This document shows, in pieces, positions 36,401 through 47,400 of a stretch of 64,000 bases of DNA (positions are counted from its first letter, which is position 1; the number at the start of each line of letters is the position of its first letter). The notes under the pieces are model-generated. The model did not search any database. It worked only from the letters and a program-made list of their open reading frames with translations, and was not told where the DNA came from. The stretch is from Antedon mediterranea (Eukaryota; Animalia; Echinodermata), in the NCBI RefSeq assembly GCF_964355755.1, contig NC_092674.1, forward strand, positions 2,232,001-2,296,000, in the 5' to 3' direction. Position numbers and translations under genes: made by a program.

Positions 36401-39194
36401 ACTGAATGTCAGTAGTATCTTTAATTATGGTTGGTAAAGTTTTTGTTTAATTAAAAATCTCTGTGAATATAAATTATTAAATGGAATATTAATTTGCATA
36501 AGAGCAAATTTAATAGAATTAGTCTAAATAAATATATGTTTTTATTAAGTTTCAAATTGCATTGTAGGAAGCTCTGCTGCTTTACCTGCTTGTGTTGATT
36601 TCTTGAAAAAGATGGCGTTGTTTTCTAAGATTTAAACCTATCCTAATTTGGACACATTTGAATGATTAAAACTTTTTGGTATATTGAAAAAATTGGTTTT
36701 AAATCTAGCCAATCGTGAGACATTTGGATCATTAAGGCATAAATTTGTTTTGTAGAATCTTGAAGCACGTCTGAAGCACCCTCTATCAGATGATCTTGCG
36801 GGCGCCATTAAAGATGGCTATGCCCTCTGCCATCTCGTGAACAGCATCAAACAGAGGATCGTAACAACGGTACATGTTCCGCCACCTTCTCCAGTAAGTA
36901 CTTACTCAGTATACCAGTTCTTTAGTATAGATTCTAGCCAGTATTTCGAATTAATATAAGCAAAAAGATATTTTGGCACATATGGCATTTCATACGTATA
37001 ATACTTGAACAATTTGTTCATCTTTTAAATACAGAATCACAATTTTTTCGTACTTTTATCCTCAGATTTCTTGTTCACTTGTGTATAGGCTCTTCAAACT
37101 TGTAGGTCCTTTATTTGTAGACTTGCGAAATGTATTTGATTTTTCCACTTTACTTATTATGCAAATTTAACAAGATATTTTGGGTGGTTTTTTTCAGGGC
37201 AAGTTATCAATGGCAAGAAGTAGAAAGAATGTTGAAAATTTTATAGATGCATGTCGGCAACTGGGCGTGTCTCGGGTATGAAACATGATTTTTATTCTTT
37301 AAAGTTTTTAAAAACATTTGTTTTAAAAGAAAAGAAATATCACTTTGAATTTCTAAGTGAGACTTAGGTTAGTTTTAGTTACCACTAATACAATTGTTAA
37401 AATACATGTTTTGAAGTGGTAGTAGATTTGATTTAACTGCTAGGCCTAGAAAGCTTGGTTGAACTAAGCCTAGTGTTGCATGGGCTGACTGATATGCACC
37501 CACAATGATATGACTCGCCTACTACTACTAACTATTTGTAATACAATCTAAAGGTGACCCTTTTATTGAACAGGCGCATGAGTGCTAGTATGAAGTATTA
37601 TCTGTTAGTATAATTATCTAATAATAGATAGATTGTGAACCAATCTCGCGTACACAAACTCCATTCATAACTTGTTTGTTAAATGAGATATTGCCTTGCT
37701 ACCCTGTACACAGTGCAAACATGAACCCTGTCACCCATTCTAACGTTCAACACTTTGTTGATCATACCATTTTTGTACATTATTCCTACTTTACATACAT
37801 ATTGTTTACTTAAGTGTGTTTTTTCAAACTAAACCAAACACAAAATTGCATTTAAATAGTTCTGTCCATGAATAGACGTATTGGCCAAGACTAAAACTAT
37901 CGCTTTTAAATAGCTTATACCAGTGCAGTGGTTTTTTTTTTTCAAACATACCAATAAGTAATCACTATTAAATAGTTTAAATTCATGAATATTATTTACA
38001 TAGTTGTGATTTCTAAAGTTACCAGACCGTAAATTTCTTTTGTTGAGATTTCTTTCAATGAAGCTTAAGTTTCATTGTTAGTAAACCGGTGAATTAAAAT
38101 GCATCCTCTGTTGTAAGGAATCATGCTATGGCACTATAATTGAGGTGCCTACAATGTTGCTTTTTATTATACTAGATGCCAGCTCAAACCACACACCTTA
38201 CAACATATGTCTAGTTTTCTGTTTTATTGTTGGTTTCTGCGTGGAGGAATTCCTCCAAGGTTTCTGTAACAATTAACTGGTAGGGTTGTTAGCCCAATGC
38301 ATTGATTACCAACTGTGGTCCTTATCCAACTTGTTTTACCACCAGATTTTACCTATGCTGATATAGCTGGCATTTCCTGTTTTTAACCTCCCAGTCACTG
38401 TAGGTCGACTATTCATTGAATGAAAGAAATCTCATTCGTGTATAAAGTATAAATATAATTGGGGCCTCAATATTATACAAATACTTTTCTACTAACTTTT
38501 ATTTATTGATTCAAAACCAACAGCGATAATTACCGCCACTTACATGTTTGAAACATATAAGAATACAACATAGAAAACAGGCAACAATAAAATATACATA
38601 TATATCATATATATCATATATATCATATATATCATATATATCATATATATCATATATATCATATATATCATACTGTATATATCATATATATCATATATCA
38701 TATACTGTTATACAGTCAACTCTCCCAATATCAAACACCTTTGAGCTGACCTAATATGTCTGGTTCTCAGGAAAGTCTGGTATTCGGAATGTGTTTTTAA
38801 TGGTGACAAAATAATTTGGGACGTTTTGGAGTATTATGTGCTTTATCTAATTCCATTTTGATATAAGATTTTCTTTTTATGTGATAACTTTTTTATATGT
38901 GCAATATTTTGTAAAATTTTACTCAATTTAGCCTTTGGCTACAATGTAAATTTTCGTTTTATTGGAATAAAACCTTGAATTGAATAGTTTGGTATTGAGA
39001 GAGTTGACTGTATATAAATCATTTATAAACTCGCCTCAATCATTTGATGTTTTTTATTACATTTTTATACACAGGAAAAGTTATGCTCTGCCTCAGACGT
39101 GTTAGAGGAAAAAGGCGTTTTACGTGTAGCAAACACTGTTCAATGTTTACTAATGCTATACCCTGGATCAAACAAGGCCATCTCAACAGTATGA
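9407..39194 (+). CDS. LRCH: Leucine-rich repeat and calponin homology domain-containing protein (LRCH family), 17 exons, about 833 aa
   Basis: Exons 9407-9575, 13838-13982, 16395-16521, 16806-16911, 19564-19700, 21425-21534, 21821-21941, 22527-22718, 23354-23808, 24726-24788, 25809-25913, 27563-27746, 28542-28680, 28816-28928, 36756-36893, 37198-37275, 39075-39194 join to 2502 nt in frame. N-terminal RSLEKVLDDAQRSGRLNLSSRKIKDFP followed by LRRs, a DSGY..EKRW motif, an E/K/Q-rich coiled coil and a C-terminal CH domain (DGYALCHLVN, KLSMARSRKNVENFIDACRQLGV, EKLC). The small low-complexity middle exons are less certain. Confidence 0.9.
11056..11296. mobile_element. Degenerate TA-type MITE with tandem subterminal repeats
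   Basis: Repeated GGGCTTCTTTTCGAG units ending in GGTTTTACGG|TA; inverse GAAAAGAAGCCC at the left. Confidence 0.55.
11476..11807. mobile_element. Non-autonomous TTAA-type (Kolobok-like) element, copy 1
   Basis: About 330 bp, clearly homologous to 28108-28444. Right end GGGGGACAATACATCT|TTAA; left end TATTGTCTCCC is the eroded inverse. Confidence 0.65.
12526..12705. mobile_element. MITE family A (PIF/Harbinger-like)
   Basis: Same TIRs; short T-rich insertion inside. Confidence 0.8.
14262..14423. mobile_element. MITE family A (PIF/Harbinger-like)
   Basis: Same TIRs and internal units. Confidence 0.85.
14683..15802. mobile_element. Possible TTAA-flanked non-autonomous DNA transposon (1.1 kb)
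   Basis: TTAA|AATGGA ... TCCATT|TTAA with only a 6-bp terminal match; CpG-rich interior in a CpG-poor intron. Confidence 0.45.
16603..16757. mobile_element. MITE family A, degenerate ends
   Basis: TGTCTACACTATCAAA ... TTTGATAGTGTA with the family internal sequence. Confidence 0.75.
17661..18815. mobile_element. Non-autonomous DNA transposon with 14-bp TIR and 6-bp TSD
   Basis: ACTCTA|CAGACCTTGATTTA ... TAAATCAAGGTCTG|ACTCTA; subterminal GGAGCGCC/GGAGAGCC repeats at both ends. Confidence 0.8.
18921..19046. repeat. 17-bp minisatellite
   Basis: TCCCCTTAATGAGAGTG, about 7 copies. Confidence 0.9.
19359..19513. mobile_element. MITE family A (PIF/Harbinger-like)
   Basis: Same TIRs; TTA on both sides. 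Confidence 0.85.
20663..20888. mobile_element. MITE family A with tandem duplication of its right half
   Basis: Full copy 20663-20804 followed by a repeated right half ending at 20888. Confidence 0.85.
22035..22472. repeat. 20-bp minisatellite with alternating variants
   Basis: GACACTCTAGGGCAATCGTA and GACACTCTAGGACAAACCTG units. Confidence 0.9.
24397..24646. mobile_element. MITE family A containing an inserted LINE/SINE 3' tail
   Basis: TAA on both sides. An insert of about 90 bp (24421-24507) with AGCGCTTTGGGAC...TATAAGCGCTATATAAAT, an L2-type 3' stem-loop pattern, interrupts the left part. Confidence 0.75.
25046..25217. mobile_element. MITE family B (Harbinger-like)
   Basis: 33-bp TIR AGGCCAATTTACACAGAC(A/G)AGCGGTAACGGTAA, TTA on both sides. 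A diverged relative lies at about 13521-13692. Confidence 0.85.
26499..26542 (-). ncRNA. Minimal type I hammerhead ribozyme motif (inverted copy of copy 1)
   Basis: Exact reverse complement of 26638-26681. Confidence 0.75.
26638..26681 (+). ncRNA. Minimal type I hammerhead ribozyme motif (copy 1)
   Basis: GCAC-CUGAAGA-U-UGAGU(UCAU)ACUCA-U-GAAA-CAG(C)CUG-UA-GUGC: stem I GCAC/GUGC, conserved core, stem II, very short quasi-palindromic stem III, GUA cleavage triplet at 26675-26677. Confidence 0.75.
26868..26906 (+). ncRNA. Minimal hammerhead ribozyme motif (second family)
   Basis: UUCAC-CUGAUGA-U-GGGC(UAU)GCCC-GAAA-CAU-GUC-GUAAA: canonical core, GC stem II, palindromic ACAUGU stem III, GUC triplet at 26899-26901, AATAAA at 26907-26912. 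Stem I has one mismatch. Confidence 0.8.
27201..27438 (-). pseudogene. C-terminal fragment of a Penelope-type GIY-YIG endonuclease
   Basis: LGDRFVEHLRSIK..PVATHF..H..RRIIEERIIVKLGTLAPTGIN fits the PLE GIY-YIG C-terminal pattern (R..EH, PVA.HF, R...E...I..L.TL.P.G.N). The N-terminal part is replaced by (TA)n. Confidence 0.8.
28108..28444. mobile_element. Non-autonomous TTAA-type (Kolobok-like) element, copy 2
   Basis: TATTGTCCCCC ... GGGGGACAATACATCT|TTAA; same internal sequence as 11476-11807. Confidence 0.65.
29381..29575 (+). mobile_element. tRNA-derived SINE remnant
   Basis: TGGTGTAATGG A box, GGGTTCGAG B box, then TCCTTTGGCAAGATGCTTTACTC body motif. Confidence 0.55.
31310..31539. mobile_element. 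MITE family A with expanded internal 21-bp repeat
   Basis: TIRs intact; GATATGCCCAAATATAGTAGT repeated about 5 times. Confidence 0.85.
32572..32743. mobile_element. MITE family A (PIF/Harbinger-like)
   Basis: Same TIRs, diverged. Confidence 0.75.
32937..33279. mobile_element. MITE with imperfect TIRs of about 45 bp
   Basis: ACATCTGC..GTAACAACTTGTAACCAGGTTT / AAACCTGGTTACAAGTTGTTAC..GCAGATGT. Confidence 0.7.
33557..33687. mobile_element. MITE family A (PIF/Harbinger-like)
   Basis: Same TIRs; TTA on both sides. Confidence 0.8.
33968..34957. repeat. 38-bp minisatellite, about 26 near-identical copies
   Basis: GCTAGGTGTGTTGGGGCTTGTGGAGACCTTGTTTGCTT head-to-tail, no spacers. Confidence 0.95.
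35721..35873. mobile_element. MITE family A (PIF/Harbinger-like)
   Basis: Same TIRs; TAA on both sides. Confidence 0.85.
38596..38704. repeat. 9-bp AT-rich tandem repeat
   Basis: TATATCATA units. Confidence 0.85.
38713..39010. mobile_element. Tc1/mariner-type MITE (TA|CAGTC..GACTG|TA)
   Basis: CAGTCAACTCTCCCAATATCAAAC / GTTTGGTATTGAGAGAGTTGACTG. A related inverted fragment lies at about 21140-21290. Confidence 0.7.
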
Positions 39195-41649
39195 CCATGT
39201 CAAGTGGATCAGACAAAGCTGTCTGAGCATGCCCAGTGGAACATCATTCAACGTAACGTTATTTCATTGTTGTAAACAAGTTTATGAAATATTAAAAAGA
39301 AGAATGAGGAGGGTTAGGAAGGATGAGATTAAACTTTGGTGCAATAACTAAATTCTAGTCGGAAAATATTAAATTCTAAAAGTGTAATCTTTTTAAAATT
39401 TTACATATTCTGATAAAATGAAACATTTAAAAAGTTTTCTTCTAGTTTAGGTCACATTTTCATTGGTCAAGAGTGGCTCACGGTCATAGAGACCATGTGA
39501 CCTAGGTAACTATAGTGGAGCAGAAGTAAATATTGACCTGGCTAGTTTACCAAACACCCGGGACAATTCTGTATACCCCCCTACTCCTAGTTCTTGCCAC
39601 TATAAAGCTACCATTGCTACTAGCCCAGTTTGAAATAGTGGCCTAAAGCAAATAGTCACTGTGTATGACAGTTACTGGGCTAGTGGATTTTTATTTTGAC
39701 TTGCTACAGAAAGACCAATTTTTTCCCACGAATGAATACTTTAGCTGCAGTTGAAAGACTTAAGTTTTCCCCACGAATGAATACATTACAATTGTAGGAT
39801 ATTGATCTTGATAGAAAAAGAGACTTTTAGTTTTCTTTGTCAGTCTTTATTTACATAACAATGGACCATAATAAGACATTATACAGTGAATCACTTTGCG
39901 TACACAGTATTGTTTTCCAGAACAGATCATGTTTCAAGATGTAAAGAAATAAAGATGCCTATACTAAAGGCCAACTGTACAAGTGCATGTGATTGCTGAC
40001 TATCCAGTAATACAAATGCATTTTTCCAGTTCTCGTATTTAAGATTGAACTTATTGGAGGCCTAGAAATATAGATACAGCAATACTGCTTTTTAATTGGT
40101 GCTTTTATAGAAATGTATGTATCTAGGATCGGAGAATAAAAAGAAAGCTAGTTATAGGAAAATAAGACCAAAATGGTTGTCAGTTTTATTATTAAGGTGT
40201 TTTTTTTATATTCATGAACGTTGACGCCCACTTTCAGTTCTTTCCAGGTTTCCTGCTTTATTTTTGCGTGGTGTTTAATTTGTTGATGTTCCTAAAGTGT
40301 TTTATTGTTTTATGATTATATTTATAATGTTGATTGTGAAGATATTCTAAGCAGCACTAGTATAGGTATTTATTTTATCCCTTCACAGGTTTTTATTCTT
40401 GAGTACTTATACTTAGTACTGCTTAATGTAGCATACTTGTGTTTAAGCCTGTGACCCACACCCTTTTTTCTCCACCAATTGAGGTCAAGTTGGGGCTAGT
40501 ACCTAAGGACCAAAATAGTTATTTTGTATAAGAATTACTTAAAATTTAATATGAGTGTAATAATTAAAGAAGAGTATAGCGCCTGTATCCTCCACTGAAC
40601 TGACACACAGAGGGCAATGGAAAAGCAGTCATACTTAGAATAAACTTATACCCCCAGGGTGGGATTATACTCGAAGACTTTTAAAATACCAATAATATAT
40701 ATTTAGATTCACTATGATAAAAAGTGGTGCCATTGCTATACATTAATGTCCTCAAGATCTATAAATTGATTCGCTATCAAGAACATTATTATTATTGCTC
40801 AAGAGCTGTTTACATTTTATATCAAGTGACAGGAAATTCAGTTATATATTGCAAAATGATAGCCGTTATTGGAGCACTCGATCACAATGTTCAAGTCTGT
40901 GTTCAATACATTGAGTAATAATTATTATTACGAAATAAGCCATTATTGGAGCACTCGATCACAATGTTCAAGTCTGTGTTCAGTACATATTGTTGGATAT
41001 TAGCTGTTAATTATATTTACTATATTCTAAGATTTTTCATTAATATGCCTATTTTCTTTCATTTTAATTTGTTTAGGTATACATTAAAAATCTCCAATTA
41101 GAGTTATCTAAGTAATTATCATTAAGAATGACATTTCACTGTCTTACTCTAAGTACCGTTCCATTACTGGCCATCTTTGAGAATTAAAACCTTCTTCTTG
41201 CTAATTAGATTCAGATTTTCATCATGTACTTCTTTCAGCCGTTTTCCTGGTGCTCTTTTATTCGTCTTTGTCATTAAAATTTCTTGAAACCTAAATCTGC
41301 CATTTTGAGAGAATGAGAATATCTAGCTATTTATCTATCTATCTATATCTATCAATATCTATCTATATCTATCAATATCTATCAATCTATCTTAAATTCC
41401 TGCGACTCTTTGGTTTTGTTAAAGAGGTTTACTATAACAGTAAGATATAAATGCAGTATTTATATTGCCTTTAATTTATCTTTTTTCTACATTTTTTAAG
41501 TGTTTGTTCTTAAAAGATCGTTAATAATAAATTATAATTAAAATATGTGCCTTACGTATATCAAATAGATGTTATAATATGAAATATGAATACATTCCTC
41601 CTTTTCACTACCAGGCTTAAACAAGTTAGCGTCATGTTAAAATATAAAA

Positions 41650-42310
41650 CGCCATGCTACACTGTCAGCACTATAGTATACTGTAAGCGCCGTGCTATAC
41701 TGTAAGCGCCGTGCTATACTGTAAGCGCCGTGCTATACTGTAAGCGCCGTGCTATACTGTAAGCGCCGTGCTATACTGTAAGCGCCGTGCTATACTGTAA
41801 GCGTCGTGCTATACTGTAAGCGTCGTGCTATACTGTAAGCGCCGTGCTATACTGTAAGCGCCGTGCTATACTGTAAGCGCCGTCCTACACTGTAAGCGCC
41901 GTGCTATATTGTAAGCGCCGTGCTATATTGTAAGCACCGTGCTATACTGTAAGCGCCGTGCTATACTGTAAGCGCCGTGCTATACTGTAAGCGCCGTCCT
42001 ACACTGTAAGCGCCGTGCTATACTGTAAGCGCCGTGCTATACTGTAAGCGCCGTGCTACACTGTAAGCGCCGTCCTACACTGTAAGCGCCGTGCTATATT
42101 GTATGCACCGTAAATATTGTAAGCACCATGCTTAAATACTGTAAAAGCTTACAGAATGCTTAAATTCTATACCATGCTATACTGTAAGAAGCACCATTTC
42201 ATTAAGCGCAATGCCTATATACTGTAAACACTATGCTATTCTGTAAGCACAGTAAAGACTGTAAGCGACTTACTGTAAGAGTTTAGACCATTCTATACTG
42301 TAAGCACCTG
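41650..42310. repeat. 19-bp minisatellite
   Basis: TACTGTAAGCGCCGTGCTA; homogeneous from 41679 to about 42100, then decaying. Confidence 0.95.
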
Positions 42311-44218
42311 TCTTAATATTTTAAGCATCAGGTATAAATATCTGTATTAAAGCACCCTGTTGAAATAACATAACAAGTTGGATCTTTTATATGTTGTATT
42401 AATAGTGCCATGTTTTAATACTTTAAGAATATAACTTATTTAAGAAACACAAATGTAATTTAATTACAGTATGCAAATATTCTATTTTTGATGTTTTGTT
42501 TTCCCACTGTTAACAAGTGCCTAAGTTTGGTGCTGGGTTTGGTTGAACCAAGAATTGTGGTATACTGTACCGTAACCCACCATGTGTTACATTTTTATTT
42601 CTTATCACTTGTGCCTACATATTATATTCAGTATTTTAAATATTTTTTTATGTAATGTGACTTTTAAAATATGTTATTACCAATGGGATTCTTAGTATAT
42701 TATTCATTTCGGAGTTGGAGAGACACTCTCTTTGGAACTGGAGAGACACGCCCTTTGGAGTTGGAGATACACGCCCTTTGGTGATAATTTTGTCTCTCCC
42801 CAGTTCTCTGGGTTTTTTTTTTATGTTTATCTGAAAGAAATCAATTAAATATAATACTGTACTGTATTAATTAATAATAGACTATACAGTATATTGTGTT
42901 GAAAACTATGTTTATTTAAAACCTAAGTTATTAAATTTCTGGAATATCTTCTGAAAATTATATTGTACTGTATATAATATATATTATATAAATATTTCTT
43001 TTTATAAATATCCACGATCGTTTCAATAGGTTTTGGTATTGTTTATTTTTGCATATAATATACACATTGTTATTACCAGGTAGTCTATGCAAGGCTCTCA
43101 TGCGCTACCCTGGGATCGCCGCTTCCGGACTCCCTGACAATCTTGCCTTATGATGATCCAAATCAGTTTGACAAATCTTATTTAAGTAACAAAAAAATTA
43201 TTTAAGATGATAGATTGGTCCACCGATTAATTAAATATAAGCAATTAGAGATATTTTATTTTCCTAATGTGTTGTTTACTTGGTAAATGTATTACTACAG
43301 CATCTTAATTATAATAATGGAATATTAATGTTAAATTTGTGTCGATTTTGATTACAAAATCTATTATTATATCTGTTTACTGTATATTTTGAAACTGATG
43401 GTTGATGATGAGGTCATTGCTATGGATACCGTCAATTATGCTAATATCTGAAATATTGCATTTGTCAATCAGAAATTTCATTAAATAAATAGCAATCACA
43501 TTTACAAAGAGGACCAATATTAATTTACTTGATTAGGTTGTTCTCATAAAGTTATATAATAAAAAATATTTTATTTTCTAGGCAATGTACAACCCTGGCA
43601 TTTCCATGACTACCAGGCGCACATAATGTTGTTTACTATCGTCATGGTTACTGTAGAAATCCATATTTAGGTTTTCTAATTTCTTAAGGACTACTAAAAT
43701 TGAGACCCCTCAGGCTACTGATAATTAAAACAGATTGGATAAACTGTTTCCATGCTCGGCAGAGTCTGTCAATTTTAAGCATCTACTACATTTTTAAGTA
43801 TGTTAGCATTATGCAATTCAAACTGTTAAAATATGTATGGTGCGCCAAATGTGTCATAAGTTCTACAAGAGCATTTTTTTTTTTTAATAAACTAATGTGT
43901 AAAACATTGAATCATAGCGATTGGTGAAATTAATTTTATCTTCTAAATGTGGTTTATTGTTATACCTAAATTATTAAATTCCAATAGCATATGTTTTAGT
44001 AACATTGTTGTTTTAAACTTTTCATAATTATTACTACTGTTAATTACCATACTAACTTGGGTATATTATATAAATAAACAAATATTTGGCTACAAAGAAA
44101 GGACCAAAATACACAATACCAACTATGGATGGGGAATTCTATATCTCCATGGTGACAAAATCATTTTGCATGAAACCGATCTGCAGGTGGGAGGGAGGGG
44201 AATATCTCCGTCAATAAA

Positions 44219-44479
44219 ACTTGGTTTCCACTAGGAAGCAACGCATGAACGGTGATCCACGCGTCGTGATTGGTCAACTTACTTACGTTGCGCTTACGTC
44301 ATTGCGCTGCGTTCCTATTGGTATACCAAATGCTTGGTGGTTCCCATTAGAGACGCAACGCAAGAACATGAGACTGATTTGACCAATCACAAGCGATGGA
44401 TTATTCAAAATTGCTTGTCATTGGTTAACTCGCGTTGTGTCTCCGTCATTGCATTGCGTCTTTAGTGTGAACCAAGCTA
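44219..44479. mobile_element. Two tandem short Harbinger-like MITEs
   Basis: CTTGGTTTCCACTAGGAAGCAACGCA..TGCGTTCCTATTGGTATACCAA followed by GCTTGG..GACGCAACGCAA..TTGCGTCTTTAGTGTGAACCAAGC. Confidence 0.6.
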
Positions 44480-47400
44480 TAGGTATTATATTGCAATGTT
44501 TTTGTTTATCATTATTATGCATGCTACTGAGATCTTGATTGTTTATTCATTGTACAGTGCATGTCGGATGCCTTGTCTTGTTGATCAAGTGTATCCAGAT
44601 TTCTTATTATTATATTGTTTGTATATATTTTGTATAAACAACTTTCTTTTGTTAATTCAATGTGGTAGTAGTTTATTTATTTGTTACGGTATTTGTATGT
44701 GACGTGTATTACTATTTTAATGACAGAATGTTTTAGGGACAATGACTGTTCTGCTGCAGTTACTGCAGTAACTACATCTTGTTTACTCATTTACTTTACT
44801 ACTTTATCCTTGTTTATTCATACTAAACCATACGCGGGGCGCGATATTTCGTTTCGTACATAAGTTGGGGACCCCTCATGAAACGTCACAAAATACACAT
44901 GAATATAGGTGTGACGTAAGAATTGAGCTAACTAACTACAATTAGACTATGAACTTTACGATGTATGGGGTTCGAATCCCATGAGCTACTTCTTTTACTC
45001 TGTAGTGAGGAGAGATTGTTTAGAGGGTTAAGTTTAGTTATATTTAGCTACCTTTCACACAAAGTGGTCACGAAGCGAAAGAAAAAATCGCACACAAGAC
45101 CATAAATAATAAACGTAAACATTGAAATAAACAAATAACATGCATTACAATAAAAACAATGTTGACATGTTCCCTTAGAAGATAAACGATATAATTTGTA
45201 ACGACAATATATTATCGAATTATAAGTGCCCCTTTTTATAAATGCCTCTATACTCCAGTGACATAAATTGCTATGGTTACCGAAACTTTAACCATAGATG
45301 ATTATTCACCCTCTGATCCTACCACCCTTTGCCATGGCGATGTAATAAGCCCTCGGCTGTTTTGTTTTCATTTAAATTGTATAACTTGACCGTACTAACC
45401 ATAGATACATTGTATATTGATACGATATGGCCGCCGCGTTTTATTTGTATTATCTTCATCACCGATAGTGAAAGTTTAAAGAAAACAGGATCGGTCGATA
45501 TGCCCACTGATGCTATATTTAGATTCCGAAAATGAAATAATGTTGCGTATTGTTTTAGATTACAATTTTAAATATGATGATGTAATGATTATAACGATAA
45601 CTGATTCAATTCAATTCTTGATTGACTCGCGCACCCTACGTCATGTATCACATAGAAAACACATAAATAAAATATAAGAAAAATATATATAAAATGGTAT
45701 AATATGTTAATTATGTCGATTTATGATACGATGATGATATTAATTGGTTGGAAGGAAATGACGATTTTATGAATGAATGAGCTACCGAAAGTGGTAAATG
45801 TTCATGTGAATCGGGGATGTAGGGAATTAAAATGTAAAAAAAAGTTTAGAAGGCCGAAAAAAAAGATCGGCATAATATCACAGTTGTGTGTTATTACTAA
45901 AGTTAAAATATCTTGTCGCGGAAACGTAAGATGTAGGCCTAATTACTCGACTCCGATTGCGACAAGAAAGTGTAAAAGAAATATAATAATGCTTTGTTTC
46001 TACGACTTCCTATCCTACCAATATAGGATCAGAGGGGAAGTCCTTGCGGATTACAAAACGGCATTCGAAACTTCTCAAACAATATTTCATTTATGTTTGT
46101 TTTAATTTGAATTTATTGATCATCATTATCTGCTTATGACTCGTAAATATATTTTGTTTCATTTCTGTATTTTCATCGTCCTTTTGCCTAATTAGAAACT
46201 TGCCTATTTCGATTCCGTTTTTTAGTCTGGCCCTAACATTACAAATACGTTTAAACTAAATGTGTTATTTATTCTTTAGCCCGAGATTTAAAAAAAAAAT
46301 CAATTTAAATAATGTGTTGACATGCTTAGTTTAACACATCTGAAAGACAATTTCCGATGATAAAATGAATTTTTATCTAGGCCTACTAGGCACTACTATT
46401 TCCTTTTCATATCGTCTCTTCTAGCAATACAATACTTTTTATGTAACATAAATATGGAAAGCATATGGAAAACAATTATTCAATTTTAAATTACATATTG
46501 TTGTCATCTTCCTGTATAGGCCCTACAAAATAAATATAGATTAATTTAAAACCCATGTCGAAGAACTGTACTTTTTGGTCTCGTATCCTGTTGTTTACAG
46601 AGATGACGCCCTCTTTTATTTTAACCACATCCGGGATATTAGGCTCATACATATTAATTCCTTCTTTGGTGCACGCGTTAAAATAGATTGTAGTGCAGCT
46701 CTTGAGCCACGAAAGTTAACATCACAATAATGGGAAAAGAAAACGAATTGACGTTTTTGCAAAAAGCGAGCATACAATGGAATTCCTTTAGGAAATTCCT
46801 GTGGAACAGTGAAGAAAAAACGGTGCTGGGAAGGAATGGAAAAAGCTGGGGTAAGTGAGTGTAGGGCTGCTACCGGCGGACCGAGTGAGAAGCCGGTTGA
46901 TGGACCCGTCTATCATACTACGATCAACCGGGGGAACACAGTGGTGACCTCGACGCTGTTTAAACACTGTCCATTATTTGCTATCGTGATATCGATTAGG
47001 TATTTTACGTGTCAATTTAATTCAGTTTTTAGGCGTTTTATGGGAACCGATTTCTACCGGGATTTTATTTCAGCTTGTTTATTTTTATTAAATATCTTCT
47101 ACAATCAACATATTTGGATGGCACACATTTAAATTTAATTTATTTGCGGAAGATGACTAGGCCTACTCACCGCACCGGCCTAGAAATGAAATTTTCCAAT
47201 GAACTTTGACATTAAGCCGGTAAAATTGGACCGACTCCAAAATGTATTAAGCCTAGCTGCTAGCTAGGTTAAGTTGTACAAGTGTAGTGGTTACTTATGC
47301 TTAGTCAAGTAAAGTTGGTAGTAGTAGGGGTGTGATATTTTAGGTACTAGTTAGGCCTACTGGAATTTTGAATTAGTTTTTTTTTTAAATTTGTGTTTAT

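Noticed and set aside
43582-43670. LRCH transmembrane last exon (AHIMLFTIVMVTVEIHI)
   Set aside because: The hydrophobic frame needs a phase-1 donor that I could not identify, and AT-rich DNA readily gives hydrophobic reads.
45773-47132. 110-aa and 107-aa ORFs in the CpG-rich region
   Set aside because: No recognisable domain or exon structure; likely chance ORFs in promoter or UTR sequence.
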